From Thermoleophilia bacterium (lineage in GTDB: Bacteria > Actinomycetota > Thermoleophilia > UBA2241), in contig JBBQFA010000002.1 of NCBI GenBank assembly GCA_038321515.1, positions 1 to 33,951 of the forward strand: a DNA stretch of 33,951 nt, given 5' to 3'. Each line of letters opens with the position of its first letter. Positions within the stretch are counted from its first letter, which is position 1. The notes beneath the pieces are model-generated. The model saw nothing but the letters and a program-made list of their open reading frames with translations. It was not told where the DNA came from and did not search any database. This document shows positions 16,927 through 28,015 of this stretch, in pieces. The position numbers were made by a program, and so were the translations under genes.

Positions 16927-17688
16927 TCACCCGAAGACGGGGGCGACGGTCCGGCTGACGACGATGTCGCCGAAGTGCCGCGTCTGTCGCAGACGCGCCT
17001 CGCCGCTCGAATGAAGCTCGAGCAATGCGAAGAAGGTCACGGCCCGTTCGAGCCGGTCCCGAGGGGCCACGTCCGCGAAGGTGAACTCGCCCTCGTCGAC
17101 GAGGATCAGCCGCAGACGCCTGAGCTCCTTCACCAGAGAGACGGCAAGGTCGGCGAGGTGACTGGTGTCGGGGCGCGGCGGCTCGCGCAGCAGCGGCGCA
17201 AGCGCGTCGGCAAGCGCCCGCGCCGGCAGCGCCCCTTCGGGGGCCGGCCGGCGCAGCAGCTCCGGGGGCACGGCGGCGTTTCGATACAGCCGCCCGCTGT
17301 GAACGCTCCAGCGCGTGCGCAATCCCGCCGCGGCGTTGCGGAACTGGCTGTAGCGCACCAGACGCTCGAGCAATTGCCTCGCGGCCTCATCGGGATCGAG
17401 GTCCTCGAGCTGCTCCTCGACCTCCTCCTCCAGGAGCAGGCGAGACTTCATCTCGAGCAGAGCCGCCACCAGCACAACGAACTGCGAGGTGGCGTCGAGA
17501 TCGAACTCGCCGCTCTCGGCCAGGCGCACGACGTACTCCGCGATGATGCGCGAGACGCGCACCTCCCAGATATCGATCTCGTCGCGGAGGATCAGCGTGA
17601 CGAGCAGGTCGAACGGTCCGTCGAAGACGTCGAGATCGAGGTCCAGGTCGACCGGAGGTGCGGCAACGGCGCTCACGTCAGCGCGCAT
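16927..17688 (-). CDS. scpA: Segregation and condensation protein A (kleisin)
   Basis: FDGPFDLLVTLILRDEIDIWEVRVSRI is the typical ScpA N-terminal motif. I chose the ATG at 17688, preceded by GAGGTGACGGCG. The track ORF starts further upstream, inside ftsZ. Confidence 0.88.
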   Translation of the reverse strand: MRADVSAVAAPPVDLDLDLDVFDGPFDLLVTLILRDEIDIWEVRVSRIIAEYVVRLAESGEFDLDATSQFVVLVAALLEMKSRLLLEEEVEEQLEDLDPDEAARQLLERLVRYSQFRNAAAGLRTRWSVHSGRLYRNAAVPPELLRRPAPEGALPARALADALAPLLREPPRPDTSHLADLAVSLVKELRRLRLILVDEGEFTFADVAPRDRLERAVTFFALLELHSSGEARLRQTRHFGDIVVSRTVAPVFG

Positions 17689-17719
17689 CGCCGTCACCTC
17701 GCTGCATCCCCTACAGTCA

Positions 17720-18922
17720 TTAGTCCTCGGGCTGGTGGACAAACGCCGGGATGTCGAAGTCACTGCTCTCAAAGCGCGGCGCAGGCCCGAACGGCGTACC
17801 GCGGTCCTCCGCGGGCTCGCGCGGCGGCGCCGGGCTGAGGCGTCCCGCCGGGCCGCCGACCGGCGGCGCCGCCCGTCCGGCCACGTCGCCGAAGCCGGTG
17901 GCCACGACGGTGATCGAGATCTTGCCCGCGAGCTTCTCGTCGACCACGGCGCCGAAGATGATGTTGGCGTCGTCGTCGGCGGCCTCGCTGATCACGCCGG
18001 CGGCCTCGTTGACCTCGTACAGCGTGAGATCTTCGCCGCCGGTGATGTTGAGCAGCAGGCCGCGGGCGCCATTGATGCTGGTCTCGAGCAGCGGCGAGTG
18101 GATGGCCATGTCGGCTGCCGTCTGGGCGCGGTTCTCGCCGCCGGCGATGCCGAATCCGAGCAAGGCGGTCCCCGCGTCGTGGACGATGGTACGCACGTCG
18201 GCGAAGTCGAGGTTGATCAGCCCGGGGACGGTGATGAGGTCGGTGATGCCTTGCACGCCCTGGCGCAGGATGTCGTCGGCGTGCTGAAAGGCCTCGACGA
18301 CGCTGGTGTTGCGCTCCACGACCTCGAGCAGCCGATCGTTGGGGATGGCGATCACCGTGTCGGCCACGTCGCGCAACGTGTCGATGCCCTCCAACGCCTG
18401 ACGCTGTCTGCGAAGACCCTCGAAGCCGAACGGCTTCGTGACGATGGCGATGGTGACCGCGCCGAGCTCGCGCGCGACCTCCGCTACCACCGGCGCGCCG
18501 CCGGTACCGGTACCGCCACCCTCACCGGCGGTGACGAAGACCAGGTCAGCGCCGCGTAGCGCCGCCTTGAGCTGGTCGCGACTCACGTCCATCGCCTCGC
18601 GGCCCACCTTGGGGTCAGCTCCGCCGCCGAGCCCGTGCGTGATCTCCTGGCCGATATGGATCTTGACGTCGGCGTCGCACACGTCGAGCTGCTGGACGTC
18701 GGTGTTGACGGCGATGAACTCGACGCCCTTGACGCCGGAGTCGACCATACGGTTCACCGCGTTGGTGCCGGCCCCGCCGATGCCGACCACCTTGATGGTC
18801 GTCACGTACGGCCGGCCCTTCACTGGAGCGTCCGCGCCCGAGGCCTCGGGGATCGCCCCGCCGCTGTCGGTGCGCCGGAAGAGCTCGCTCAGCCCATCCT
18901 TCATGCTAGGACGATCTGCCAT
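17720..18922 (-). CDS. ftsZ: Cell division protein FtsZ
   Basis: 400 aa. IKVVGIGGAGTNAVNRM, tubulin signature GGGTGTGGAP, and the C-terminal peptide DFDIPAFV. ATG at 18922 is preceded by GGGAGGTGCTGA, a strong Shine-Dalgarno sequence lying inside the 3' end of the ParA-like gene. An alternative ATG is at 18904. Confidence 0.95.
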   Translation of the reverse strand: MADRPSMKDGLSELFRRTDSGGAIPEASGADAPVKGRPYVTTIKVVGIGGAGTNAVNRMVDSGVKGVEFIAVNTDVQQLDVCDADVKIHIGQEITHGLGGGADPKVGREAMDVSRDQLKAALRGADLVFVTAGEGGGTGTGGAPVVAEVARELGAVTIAIVTKPFGFEGLRRQRQALEGIDTLRDVADTVIAIPNDRLLEVVERNTSVVEAFQHADDILRQGVQGITDLITVPGLINLDFADVRTIVHDAGTALLGFGIAGGENRAQTAADMAIHSPLLETSINGARGLLLNITGGEDLTLYEVNEAAGVISEAADDDANIIFGAVVDEKLAGKISITVVATGFGDVAGRAAPPVGGPAGRLSPAPPREPAEDRGTPFGPAPRFESSDFDIPAFVHQPED

Positions 18923-19664
18923 TCAGCACCTCCCGCGCGAGGGCGCGGTACGATTCTGCCCCTCTTCCCTTGGGATCGTACTTCAGCACCGAGGCTCCCG
19001 TCACGGGCGCCTCCGCGAACTTTATCGTCTTGCGCACGACCGTCTCGAACACGAGATCGCCGAAGTTCTCGCGCAGCACCTCGATGGACTCTTTGCCATG
19101 CGTGGTCCGGGCGTCGAACAGCGTCGGGAGGATGCCCTTGATGTGCACCTCCGGGTTCAGGTTCTCGCGGATCATCTCGAGCGTGCGCTCCAGCTGCAGC
19201 AGCCCGCGCAGCGACAGGTATTCGCACTGCACAGGGACGATCACGCTCTCCGAGGCGGTGAGGGCGTTGATGGTCAGCAGGCCCAGGCTCGGCGGCGTGT
19301 CGATGAGGATGTAGTCGTAGCGCTCGCGCACGGGGTCGAGGGCGCGCTGCAGTGCCCTCTCGCGCCCGATCATCGTGGCCAAGGCCATCTCGGCGCCGGC
19401 GAGGTCGATGGTCGACGCGGCGACGTCGAACTCGCGCTCGTAGATCACATCCTCGATGGGCGTGCGGTGCACGAGCACGTCGTACATGCTCTTCTCGAGG
19501 CCCTCGGTGTCGACGCCCTGGCTCATCGTCAGGTTGCCCTGGGGATCCATGTCGACGGCGAGCACGCGCAGGTCGTGCTCGCGTAGAGCCGCGCCGAGGT
19601 TCACCGTCGAGGTGGTCTTGGCCACCCCACCCTTCTGGTTGGCGAACGCGATGACATGCGCCAT
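18906..19664 (-). CDS. Orphan ParA/Soj-family ATPase (no adjacent parB)
   Basis: MAHVIAFANQKGGVAKTTSTVNLGAAL has the deviant Walker A KGGxxK[ST]. DMDPQGN, ILIDTPPSLG and the overall ~250-aa Soj-like layout are also present. I chose the ATG at 19664; the track ORF starts 24 codons upstream. Confidence 0.9.
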   Translation of the reverse strand: MAHVIAFANQKGGVAKTTSTVNLGAALREHDLRVLAVDMDPQGNLTMSQGVDTEGLEKSMYDVLVHRTPIEDVIYEREFDVAASTIDLAGAEMALATMIGRERALQRALDPVRERYDYILIDTPPSLGLLTINALTASESVIVPVQCEYLSLRGLLQLERTLEMIRENLNPEVHIKGILPTLFDARTTHGKESIEVLRENFGDLVFETVVRKTIKFAEAPVTGASVLKYDPKGRGAESYRALAREVLNGRSS

Positions 19665-19805
19665 ATATGCGTTACCCCTGTGTCGACTCCACGTCAGAAC
19701 GCAGTTCGGGCCGCAGGCAAGAATCCCTGCATGCAACGAGCCCCGCAGACACCGCAGGGCCCGTCGTCAAAAGCTGTGTCGTCGTCCCGGTCACGACCGC
19801 GGACT

Positions 19806-20237
19806 TCAGGCCTTGGGGGCCTCCGGCGCAACGGGTGGCTCAAATGCCTCGTCGGCGGCGACGTCGGCCTCATCGGCGATCTCTTCGTCCTCGACGAGAT
19901 CATCCTCAGCCGCGTCCTCCTCGATCACGTCGTCCTCGCCGGCCTCGATGTACTCATCCTCTTCTTCGTCGTCCATCTCGTCGACGCTGGTGATGGAGGA
20001 GATGGCGCGCTTGAGATACCGGACCTTGGTGCGCTTGGCGATCTCGAGCTCGACCCAGTCGTCGCCGATCGCGCTGATGGTGCCGAACATGCCGCCGATC
20101 GTCACGACCTCGTCACCCTTCTTGAGCATGCTGACCATCTCGGCATGCGCCTGCTTCTGGCGGCGCTGCGGCCGGATCGCGAGGAAGTAGAAGATCCCGA
20201 AGAAGACGAGGATCCAGATGATGATGGTGAAGGACAC
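19806..20237 (-). CDS. yajC: Preprotein translocase subunit YajC with a long acidic C-terminal tail
   Basis: TM segment IIIWILVFFGIFYFLAI followed by RPQRRQKQ...MLKKGDEVVTIGGMFGTI (YajC core). GTG at 20237 is preceded by GGGAGGTTGAGTCC. It lies downstream of tgt, as in many bacteria. Confidence 0.85.
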   Translation of the reverse strand: MSFTIIIWILVFFGIFYFLAIRPQRRQKQAHAEMVSMLKKGDEVVTIGGMFGTISAIGDDWVELEIAKRTKVRYLKRAISSITSVDEMDDEEEDEYIEAGEDDVIEEDAAEDDLVEDEEIADEADVAADEAFEPPVAPEAPKA

Positions 20238-20241
20238 GGAC

Positions 20242-22623
<2,382 letters not shown>

Positions 22624-22627
<4 letters not shown>

Positions 22628-23193
22628 CCGGCCCTCCTGCGCAGCGCGCGCTCCTGCCACGTCTCCCACTTGCTCGCCGCGCAGCCGCAGTACGGCTGCC
22701 GGTAGAGGTCGAGCCGCCGGCTCTCGGCGTAGCTCTGCCGGAACGAGTCGCGCAGGTCGAGATAGACGAACGTCACACCGTGCTCGTCGGCGGCCGCTTG
22801 ACCAGCCGCCGCGATGAGGTCGTGCCGCTGGTACGGACTGACGCTCAGGGTCGTGCTGAAGCGTGGAACGCCCAGGAGGGCGGCCGCGGCAGCCGCGGCC
22901 CGCAAGCGCAGGCTGAGGCAGGAGGCGCAGCGCTCGCTCGGCGTCATCGTCCCAAGCGCAGCGGTCCACTCCTGCCACGCGGCCGCCTCATCAGGAGCAT
23001 CCTCGCTCACCAGTTCGACGCCGGTCGCACGGCTGAAGCGACGCATACTCTCCGTGCGGCGCTCCAGCTCGACTGACGGCTGGATGTTGGGGTTGTGAAA
23101 CCACGCGACGGGCTCGACGCCACGCTCGCGCCAAGCGGGCACAGCGACGCTCGAACACGGGCCGCAGCAGGCGTGCAGAAGCAGATCGGTCAT
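22624..23193 (-). CDS. queH: Epoxyqueuosine reductase QueH (DUF208 family)
   Basis: MTDLLLHACCGPCSS at the N-terminus and YRQPYCGCAAS near the C-terminus are the Cys motifs I associate with QueH. It lies directly upstream of queA-tgt. I chose the ATG at 23193. Confidence 0.85.
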
Positions 23194-23199
23194 CGCACG

Positions 23200-23205
23200 A
23201 GTATA
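23200..23205 (-). promoter_or_regulatory. Candidate -10 hexamer TATACT for a leaderless queH-queA-tgt-yajC transcript
   Basis: Minus strand reads TATACT-cgtgcg-ATG(queH). The 6-nt gap puts the expected transcription start on the A of the start codon. There is no Shine-Dalgarno sequence and no convincing -35. Confidence 0.3.
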
Positions 23206-23295
23206 GCGTGGCCGTGCGGGTGGCCGGCCCACCGCGAGGATCACCGGTCGGCCGCGAGGCGAGAGCCCGCCGGGACGTGCCGCCCAGACGCGGAC

Positions 23296-24330
23296 TCAGC
23301 CTTCGTCGAAGAGCGTGCCGGACTGCGCCGGCGGCGTGAGGCCGCAGTGCTCGAAGCCGGTACGCGTGAGCACGCGGCCGCGCGGCGTGCGCTTCAGAAA
23401 GCCCTGCATGATCAGGTAAGGCTCATAGACGTCCATGACCGTATCGGCCTCTTCGCCCAGCGCCACGGCGAGCGTGTCGAGCCCCACCGGGCCGCCGTCG
23501 AACTTCTGGGCGATCGCGCAGAGGATGTCGCGGTCGAGCTTGTCGAGGCCCTCGCTGTCGACCTGGAAGAGATCGAGGGCCGCGAGGCAGATAGGGCAGT
23601 CAACGACGCCTTCGTGGCGCACCTCGGCGAAGTCGCGCACGCGGCGCAGGAGCCGGTTGGCGACGCGCGGCGTGCCGCGCGAGCGCCCGGCGATCTCGAG
23701 CGTGGAGTCGTCGTCGATGGTCACCTTGAGAATGCCGGCCGAGCGCCGGACGATGGCGGCGAGCTCCTCGATCTCGTAGTACTCGAGCCGCTGCCAGACG
23801 CCGAACCGGTCGCGCAGCGGCGTCGTGAGCAAGCCGGTGCGCGTGGTGGCGCCGATCAGGGTGAAGGGCTGCACCTGCATGCGGATGCTGCGCGCCGCCG
23901 GCCCCTCGCCGATCATGATGTCGATCTCGTAGTCTTCCATCGCCGGGTACAGAACCTCCTCGACGGCAGCGTTGAGGCGGTGGATCTCGTCGACGAAGAG
24001 GACGTCGCCCTCCTGAAGATTGGTGAGCAGACCCGCGACGTCGACCTTGCGCTCGAGCGCCGGCCCCGACGTCGTGTGCATGCCCACGCCGAGCTCGGCG
24101 GCGATGATGCCCGCCAGCGTCGTCTTGCCGAGCCCAGGCGGGCCGGCTATGAGTACGTGGTCGAGCGTGTCCCCGCGGCGTCGCGCCGCCTCGACGAAGA
24201 TCTCGAGCTGCTCCTTGGCCGCGCCCTGACCGACGAAGTCGCTGAATCGGCGAGGCCGCAGACCCAGCTCGAGGTCGCGGTCGTCGGCGCCCTCGCTGGG
24301 GTCGCCGATGCGGTCCACGGGCGGGGTCAT
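23296..24330 (-). CDS. ruvB: Holliday junction branch migration helicase RuvB
   Basis: 344 aa. Walker [18 protein letters not shown], and a winged-helix C-terminus. ATGA overlap with ruvA. Confidence 0.95.
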   Translation of the reverse strand: MTPPVDRIGDPSEGADDRDLELGLRPRRFSDFVGQGAAKEQLEIFVEAARRRGDTLDHVLIAGPPGLGKTTLAGIIAAELGVGMHTTSGPALERKVDVAGLLTNLQEGDVLFVDEIHRLNAAVEEVLYPAMEDYEIDIMIGEGPAARSIRMQVQPFTLIGATTRTGLLTTPLRDRFGVWQRLEYYEIEELAAIVRRSAGILKVTIDDDSTLEIAGRSRGTPRVANRLLRRVRDFAEVRHEGVVDCPICLAALDLFQVDSEGLDKLDRDILCAIAQKFDGGPVGLDTLAVALGEEADTVMDVYEPYLIMQGFLKRTPRGRVLTRTGFEHCGLTPPAQSGTLFDEG

Positions 24331-24923
24331 CCGCTGCTCCTGTCGCGCGTCAGGGCGAACTTGACCAGATCCTCCAGCGACGCGCCCTCGGGAGCGCCGC
24401 GCAGCGCCTCCTCGGCCTCACGCAGGCTCAGGCCGAAGTTCTGCAGCGCGGAACGCGCCGTGATGAACGCGTCGGCCGCGGTGGGCCCGTCGGCTTCGCC
24501 GGCGCCTACCGGCGGCAGTTTCCCGACCTTGTCGCCCAACTCCACCACCAGCCGCTGGGCGAGTTTCTTGCCGATGCCGGGGATGCTCTCGAACTTCTTG
24601 ACGTCGTCGCGCGCTACCGCCACCTCGAGCTCCTCGACCGGATAGCCCGAGAGCACGGCCAGCGCGACCTTGGGGCCGACACCGCTGACGGCGATGAGCC
24701 AAAGGAAGAAGGTGCGCTCGCGCAGGCTGCGGAATCCGAACAGTTGGAGCGCGTCCTCCCGCACGTGCAGGTACGTCTGCAGACTCACCTCGTCACCGAT
24801 CTTGCCGTTCAGGCCGCCGAGCGTGCGTCCCGACGCGAGCACCTCGAGTCCGAGGCCGCTGACCTCGACGACAGCATGGTCGGCGTCGACCAGCCGCAGC
24901 GTGCCACGGACGGCGGCGATCAC
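24327..24923 (-). CDS. ruvA: Holliday junction DNA-binding protein RuvA
   Basis: 198 aa. MIAAVRGTL..., HhH motifs ([13 protein letters not shown] and [12 protein letters not shown]). The GTG start overlaps the ruvC stop (GTGA). Confidence 0.92.
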   Translation of the reverse strand: MIAAVRGTLRLVDADHAVVEVSGLGLEVLASGRTLGGLNGKIGDEVSLQTYLHVREDALQLFGFRSLRERTFFLWLIAVSGVGPKVALAVLSGYPVEELEVAVARDDVKKFESIPGIGKKLAQRLVVELGDKVGKLPPVGAGEADGPTAADAFITARSALQNFGLSLREAEEALRGAPEGASLEDLVKFALTRDRSSG

Positions 24924-25435
24924 CGCCGGCCTCCCTGAGGCCGGCGAAGCGCCGCCTGCAATGCCTCGCCGTTGTGATGCGTGTGCGTGATCGCCACGGC
25001 CAGCGCGTCGGCGGCGTGATCCGGCTGCGGGATGCGTGGCAGGCTCAGGATGACCTTCGTCATCTCCTGCACCTGGATCTTGCTGGCCCGCCCGTAGCCG
25101 GTGACCGCCCGCTTGATCTGCAGCGGAGAGTACTCGCGCGGTGTGGTCTTGAGGTCGGATGCGGCAAGGTAGAGGACGCCCTTCGCCTGCCCGACGGCCA
25201 GGGCGGTCTTCACGTTCACGTTCACGAAGAGCTCTTCGAGCACGACGATGTCGGGCGCGAAGCGCGTGATGAGGCCGCGCGCCTGGTCATAGATCTGGCG
25301 CAAACGCACGTGCGTGTCGTCCTTGGCGGACGTGACGATGCAGCCGTGGCCCAGAGAGCGCAGCTTGTTGCCGTTCTGCTCGATCACTCCCCAGCCGGTG
25401 CTCGCAGTGCCCGGGTCGAAGCCGAGGACGATCAT
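24920..25435 (-). CDS. ruvC: Crossover junction endodeoxyribonuclease RuvC
   Basis: 171 aa. MIVLGFDPGTASTGWGVI (catalytic Asp), EELF, and ...DHAADALAVAITH. Confidence 0.93.
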   Translation of the reverse strand: MIVLGFDPGTASTGWGVIEQNGNKLRSLGHGCIVTSAKDDTHVRLRQIYDQARGLITRFAPDIVVLEELFVNVNVKTALAVGQAKGVLYLAASDLKTTPREYSPLQIKRAVTGYGRASKIQVQEMTKVILSLPRIPQPDHAADALAVAITHTHHNGEALQAALRRPQGGRR

Positions 25436-25491
25436 CGCGCGTTCCCTGCTCTCACGTATGTGCGGCCGTGCCCCCCGACCCCTGCCAACGG

Positions 25492-26241
25492 TCAGCCCGC
25501 CAGCGCCTCGAGGACGTCCTCGGGGATGTCGAAGTTGGCGAACACCTCTTGCACGTCGTCGCTGTCTTCGAGTGCGTCGACGATCTTCATGGTCTTGCGG
25601 GCATCGTTCTCCTCGAGCTTGACCGTGTTCTTGGGGATCATGGTGAGCTCGGCCTGGTCGAACTCGATGCCGGCGGCCACGAGCGCGTCACGCACGACCG
25701 CGAACTCGGCCGGCTCGGTAAGCACCTGAAACTCTTCGCCGTCTTGCACCACGTCGTCGGCGCCCGCGTCGATGGCCGCGGCCATGACGTCGTCCTCGCC
25801 GTACTTCGTACCGTCGACGACGATAAAGCCCTTACGCTCGAACACCCACGCCACGGCGCCGGGCTGAGCCAGTTGCCCGCTGTGCTTGCTGAAGATGTTG
25901 CGGATGTCGGCCGCCGATCGGTTCTTGTTGTCGGTGAGCACGTCGACGATGATCGCCACGCCGGCGGGGCCGTAGCCCTCGTACATGATGCGCTCGTAGG
26001 CGGCGCCGTCCGTACCGCCCCCTCCCCGCTGGATGGCGCGCTCGATGTTGTCCTTGGGCATCGACTCGGCCTTGGCCTTCTCGACGGCGTTGGCCAGAGA
26101 GATGTTCATGTTGACGTCGGTGCCGCCCTCACGCGCGGCTACCGTGATGGCGCGGGAGAGCTTGGAGAACAGCTTGCCTCTCTTCGCGTCGGTCTTGCCC
26201 TTCTTGTGCTTGATGGTGGCCCACTTGGAGTGCCCGGACAC
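25492..26241 (-). CDS. yebC: YebC/PmpR (TACO1) family transcriptional/translational regulator
   Basis: 249 aa. SGHSKWATIKHKKGKTDAKRGKLFSKL is the family signature. GTG start with GGGAGGTG upstream. Confidence 0.93.
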   Translation of the reverse strand: MSGHSKWATIKHKKGKTDAKRGKLFSKLSRAITVAAREGGTDVNMNISLANAVEKAKAESMPKDNIERAIQRGGGGTDGAAYERIMYEGYGPAGVAIIVDVLTDNKNRSAADIRNIFSKHSGQLAQPGAVAWVFERKGFIVVDGTKYGEDDVMAAAIDAGADDVVQDGEEFQVLTEPAEFAVVRDALVAAGIEFDQAELTMIPKNTVKLEENDARKTMKIVDALEDSDDVQEVFANFDIPEDVLEALAG

Positions 26242-26260
26242 GAGGACACCACCTCCCTTC

Positions 26261-27004
26261 TCAGCGGTTACCGGCCCCCGCGCTCGCGCGGCCCGGCCTC
26301 CCGGCGGCGTGCGGCTCGGCCGTGCGCCCCGGCGCGGCCGCCTCGCTCACCGAGCGGTGGATCATACGGATGAACGACTCGTGCAGACGCGTATCGTCGG
26401 TGAGCTCAGGGTGGAACGCCGCCACCAGGACGCGTCCCTCGCGGGCGGCGACGATGTGCCCCTTGCAGGTCGCCAGTACCTCGACCCCCGGACCCGCGCT
26501 CTCTACCCATGGCGCGCGGATGAACACGGCACGGACGGGCGCATCTCCAAGACCCTCGATCGTGAGGTCGGCCTCGAAGCTTCGCACCTGCCGCCCGAAG
26601 GCGTTGCGGCGAGCGACGATGTCCATGAGCCCGAGCGTCGGCGGCGTTCCCTCGACGGTGCCGGCGGCGACAGTGATAAGGCCCGCGCAGGTACCGAAGA
26701 CGACACCGCCCGCGGCGGCGAACTGGCGGATCGGCCGTGCCAGACCATAAGCATCCGTGAGCTTGCTGATCGTCGTGCTCTCGCCGCCGGGGATCACGAG
26801 GCCATCGAGGCCGTCCAGATCGGCGACCCCGCGGATCTCACGCGTGCGCGCCCCGAGGCGCTCGAGCATGATGCGATGCTCGCGAAAGTCGCCTTGCAGC
26901 GCGAGCACACCCACGACGAGGCCGGCGCCCGGACCGTGCAGGTCCAGCGCCGGCTCCGGCGACAGGATCCAGTCGAGACGCTGTTTGGCGCTCGGGGAGC
27001 TCAC
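26261..27004 (-). CDS. pdxT: Pyridoxal 5'-phosphate synthase, glutaminase subunit PdxT
   Basis: [22 protein letters not shown], catalytic Cys in [15 protein letters not shown] and AAFHPELT. The start is ambiguous. GTG at 27004 is 11 nt after the pdxS stop. GTG at 26914 matches the homologue N-terminus (xGVLALQG). Confidence 0.86.
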   Translation of the reverse strand: MSSPSAKQRLDWILSPEPALDLHGPGAGLVVGVLALQGDFREHRIMLERLGARTREIRGVADLDGLDGLVIPGGESTTISKLTDAYGLARPIRQFAAAGGVVFGTCAGLITVAAGTVEGTPPTLGLMDIVARRNAFGRQVRSFEADLTIEGLGDAPVRAVFIRAPWVESAGPGVEVLATCKGHIVAAREGRVLVAAFHPELTDDTRLHESFIRMIHRSVSEAAAPGRTAEPHAAGRPGRASAGAGNR

Positions 27005-27017
27005 GGCGCCGCCGCGC

Positions 27018-27902
27018 TCACCAGCCGCGATGCTGGATCTTGGCTTCTTCGGGCATACGCGCCGCGTCGATGCCCGGCATCGCCTCGCCAAGACCAACAC
27101 TGACTTCGGCGAGGACGCCAGCGTCGCGGTAATTGGTCACAGCCTTGACGATAGCGTTGGCGCGGCCCTGCGGGTCTTCGCTCTTGAAGATGCCCGAGCC
27201 GACGAAGACGCCCTCGGCGCCGAGCTGCATCATCAGCGCAGCGTCGGCCGGAGTGGCGATGCCGCCGGCGCTGAAGTTGACCACCGGCAGCTTGCCGTTC
27301 GCGGCCACCCACTTGACCAGCTCGATGGGGGCCGGCAGGTTCTTGGCGACCACGTAGAGCTCGTCCTCGTCGAGCGTCTCCAGGCGCCGGATCTCCCCCA
27401 TGATGGTACGCATGTGGCGCACGGCCTCGACGACGTCACCGGTACCGGCCTCGCCCTTGGTGCGGATCATGGCGGCGCCCTCGCTGATGCGGCGCAGCGC
27501 CTCACCCAGGTTGACGGCACCACAGACGAAGGGCACATCGAACTTCCACTTGTTGATGTGATTGGCTTCGTCGGCAGGCGTGAGCACTTCGCTCTCGTCG
27601 ACGTAGTCGACCTCGAGCGACTGCAGGATCTGCGCCTCGACGAAGTGGCCGATGCGCGCCTTGGCCATCACCGGGACCGAGACGCAGGCCTGGATCTCCT
27701 TGATCTTTGTGGGGTCGGCCATGCGGGCCACGCCGCCCTGGGCGCGGATGTCCGAGGGCACCCGTTCGAGCGCCATCACGGCGCAGGCGCCGGCGTCTTC
27801 GGCGATCTTCGCCTGCTCGGCGTTGGTCACGTCCATGATGACGCCACCCTTGAGCATGTCGGCGAGACCACTCTTCACGCGCATCGTGCCGCTGTCTGTC
27901 AA
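27018..27902 (-). CDS. pdxS: Pyridoxal 5'-phosphate synthase, lyase subunit PdxS
   Basis: 294 aa, nearly collinear with Bacillus PdxS as I remember it ([57 protein letters not shown], ending QHRGW). TTG start at 27902 with GGAGG 5 nt upstream. Confidence 0.95.
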   Translation of the reverse strand: MTDSGTMRVKSGLADMLKGGVIMDVTNAEQAKIAEDAGACAVMALERVPSDIRAQGGVARMADPTKIKEIQACVSVPVMAKARIGHFVEAQILQSLEVDYVDESEVLTPADEANHINKWKFDVPFVCGAVNLGEALRRISEGAAMIRTKGEAGTGDVVEAVRHMRTIMGEIRRLETLDEDELYVVAKNLPAPIELVKWVAANGKLPVVNFSAGGIATPADAALMMQLGAEGVFVGSGIFKSEDPQGRANAIVKAVTNYRDAGVLAEVSVGLGEAMPGIDAARMPEEAKIQHRGW

Positions 27903-28015
27903 GAGAACCTCCGTTGCGTTGCCGCGCCAATCGTACCGCAGCGCTCAGCTGCCCCGCTACCGGAACAGACAGCGCACATTGTCCACCTTTGCGGGGAAAA
28001 CAGTGCGTTCGGGCG

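Noticed and set aside
19665-19805. A promoter or terminator in the 141-nt gap between yajC and the ParA-like gene.
   Set aside because: TTGACG, TTGCAT and TTGCCT hexamers are present, but none has a TANNNT -10 at 16-19 nt. Only a weak 5-6 bp hairpin exists. I could not support a specific call.
27903-28015. A possible regulatory RNA or terminator in the 113-nt gap between the EF-G paralogue and pdxS.
   Set aside because: Only modest hairpins are present (CCCCGC...GCGGGG long-range pairing, and GCAGC-UGAGC-GCUGC). None has a U-tract, no convincing promoter hexamers are present, and I recognise no known motif. This is not enough to call.
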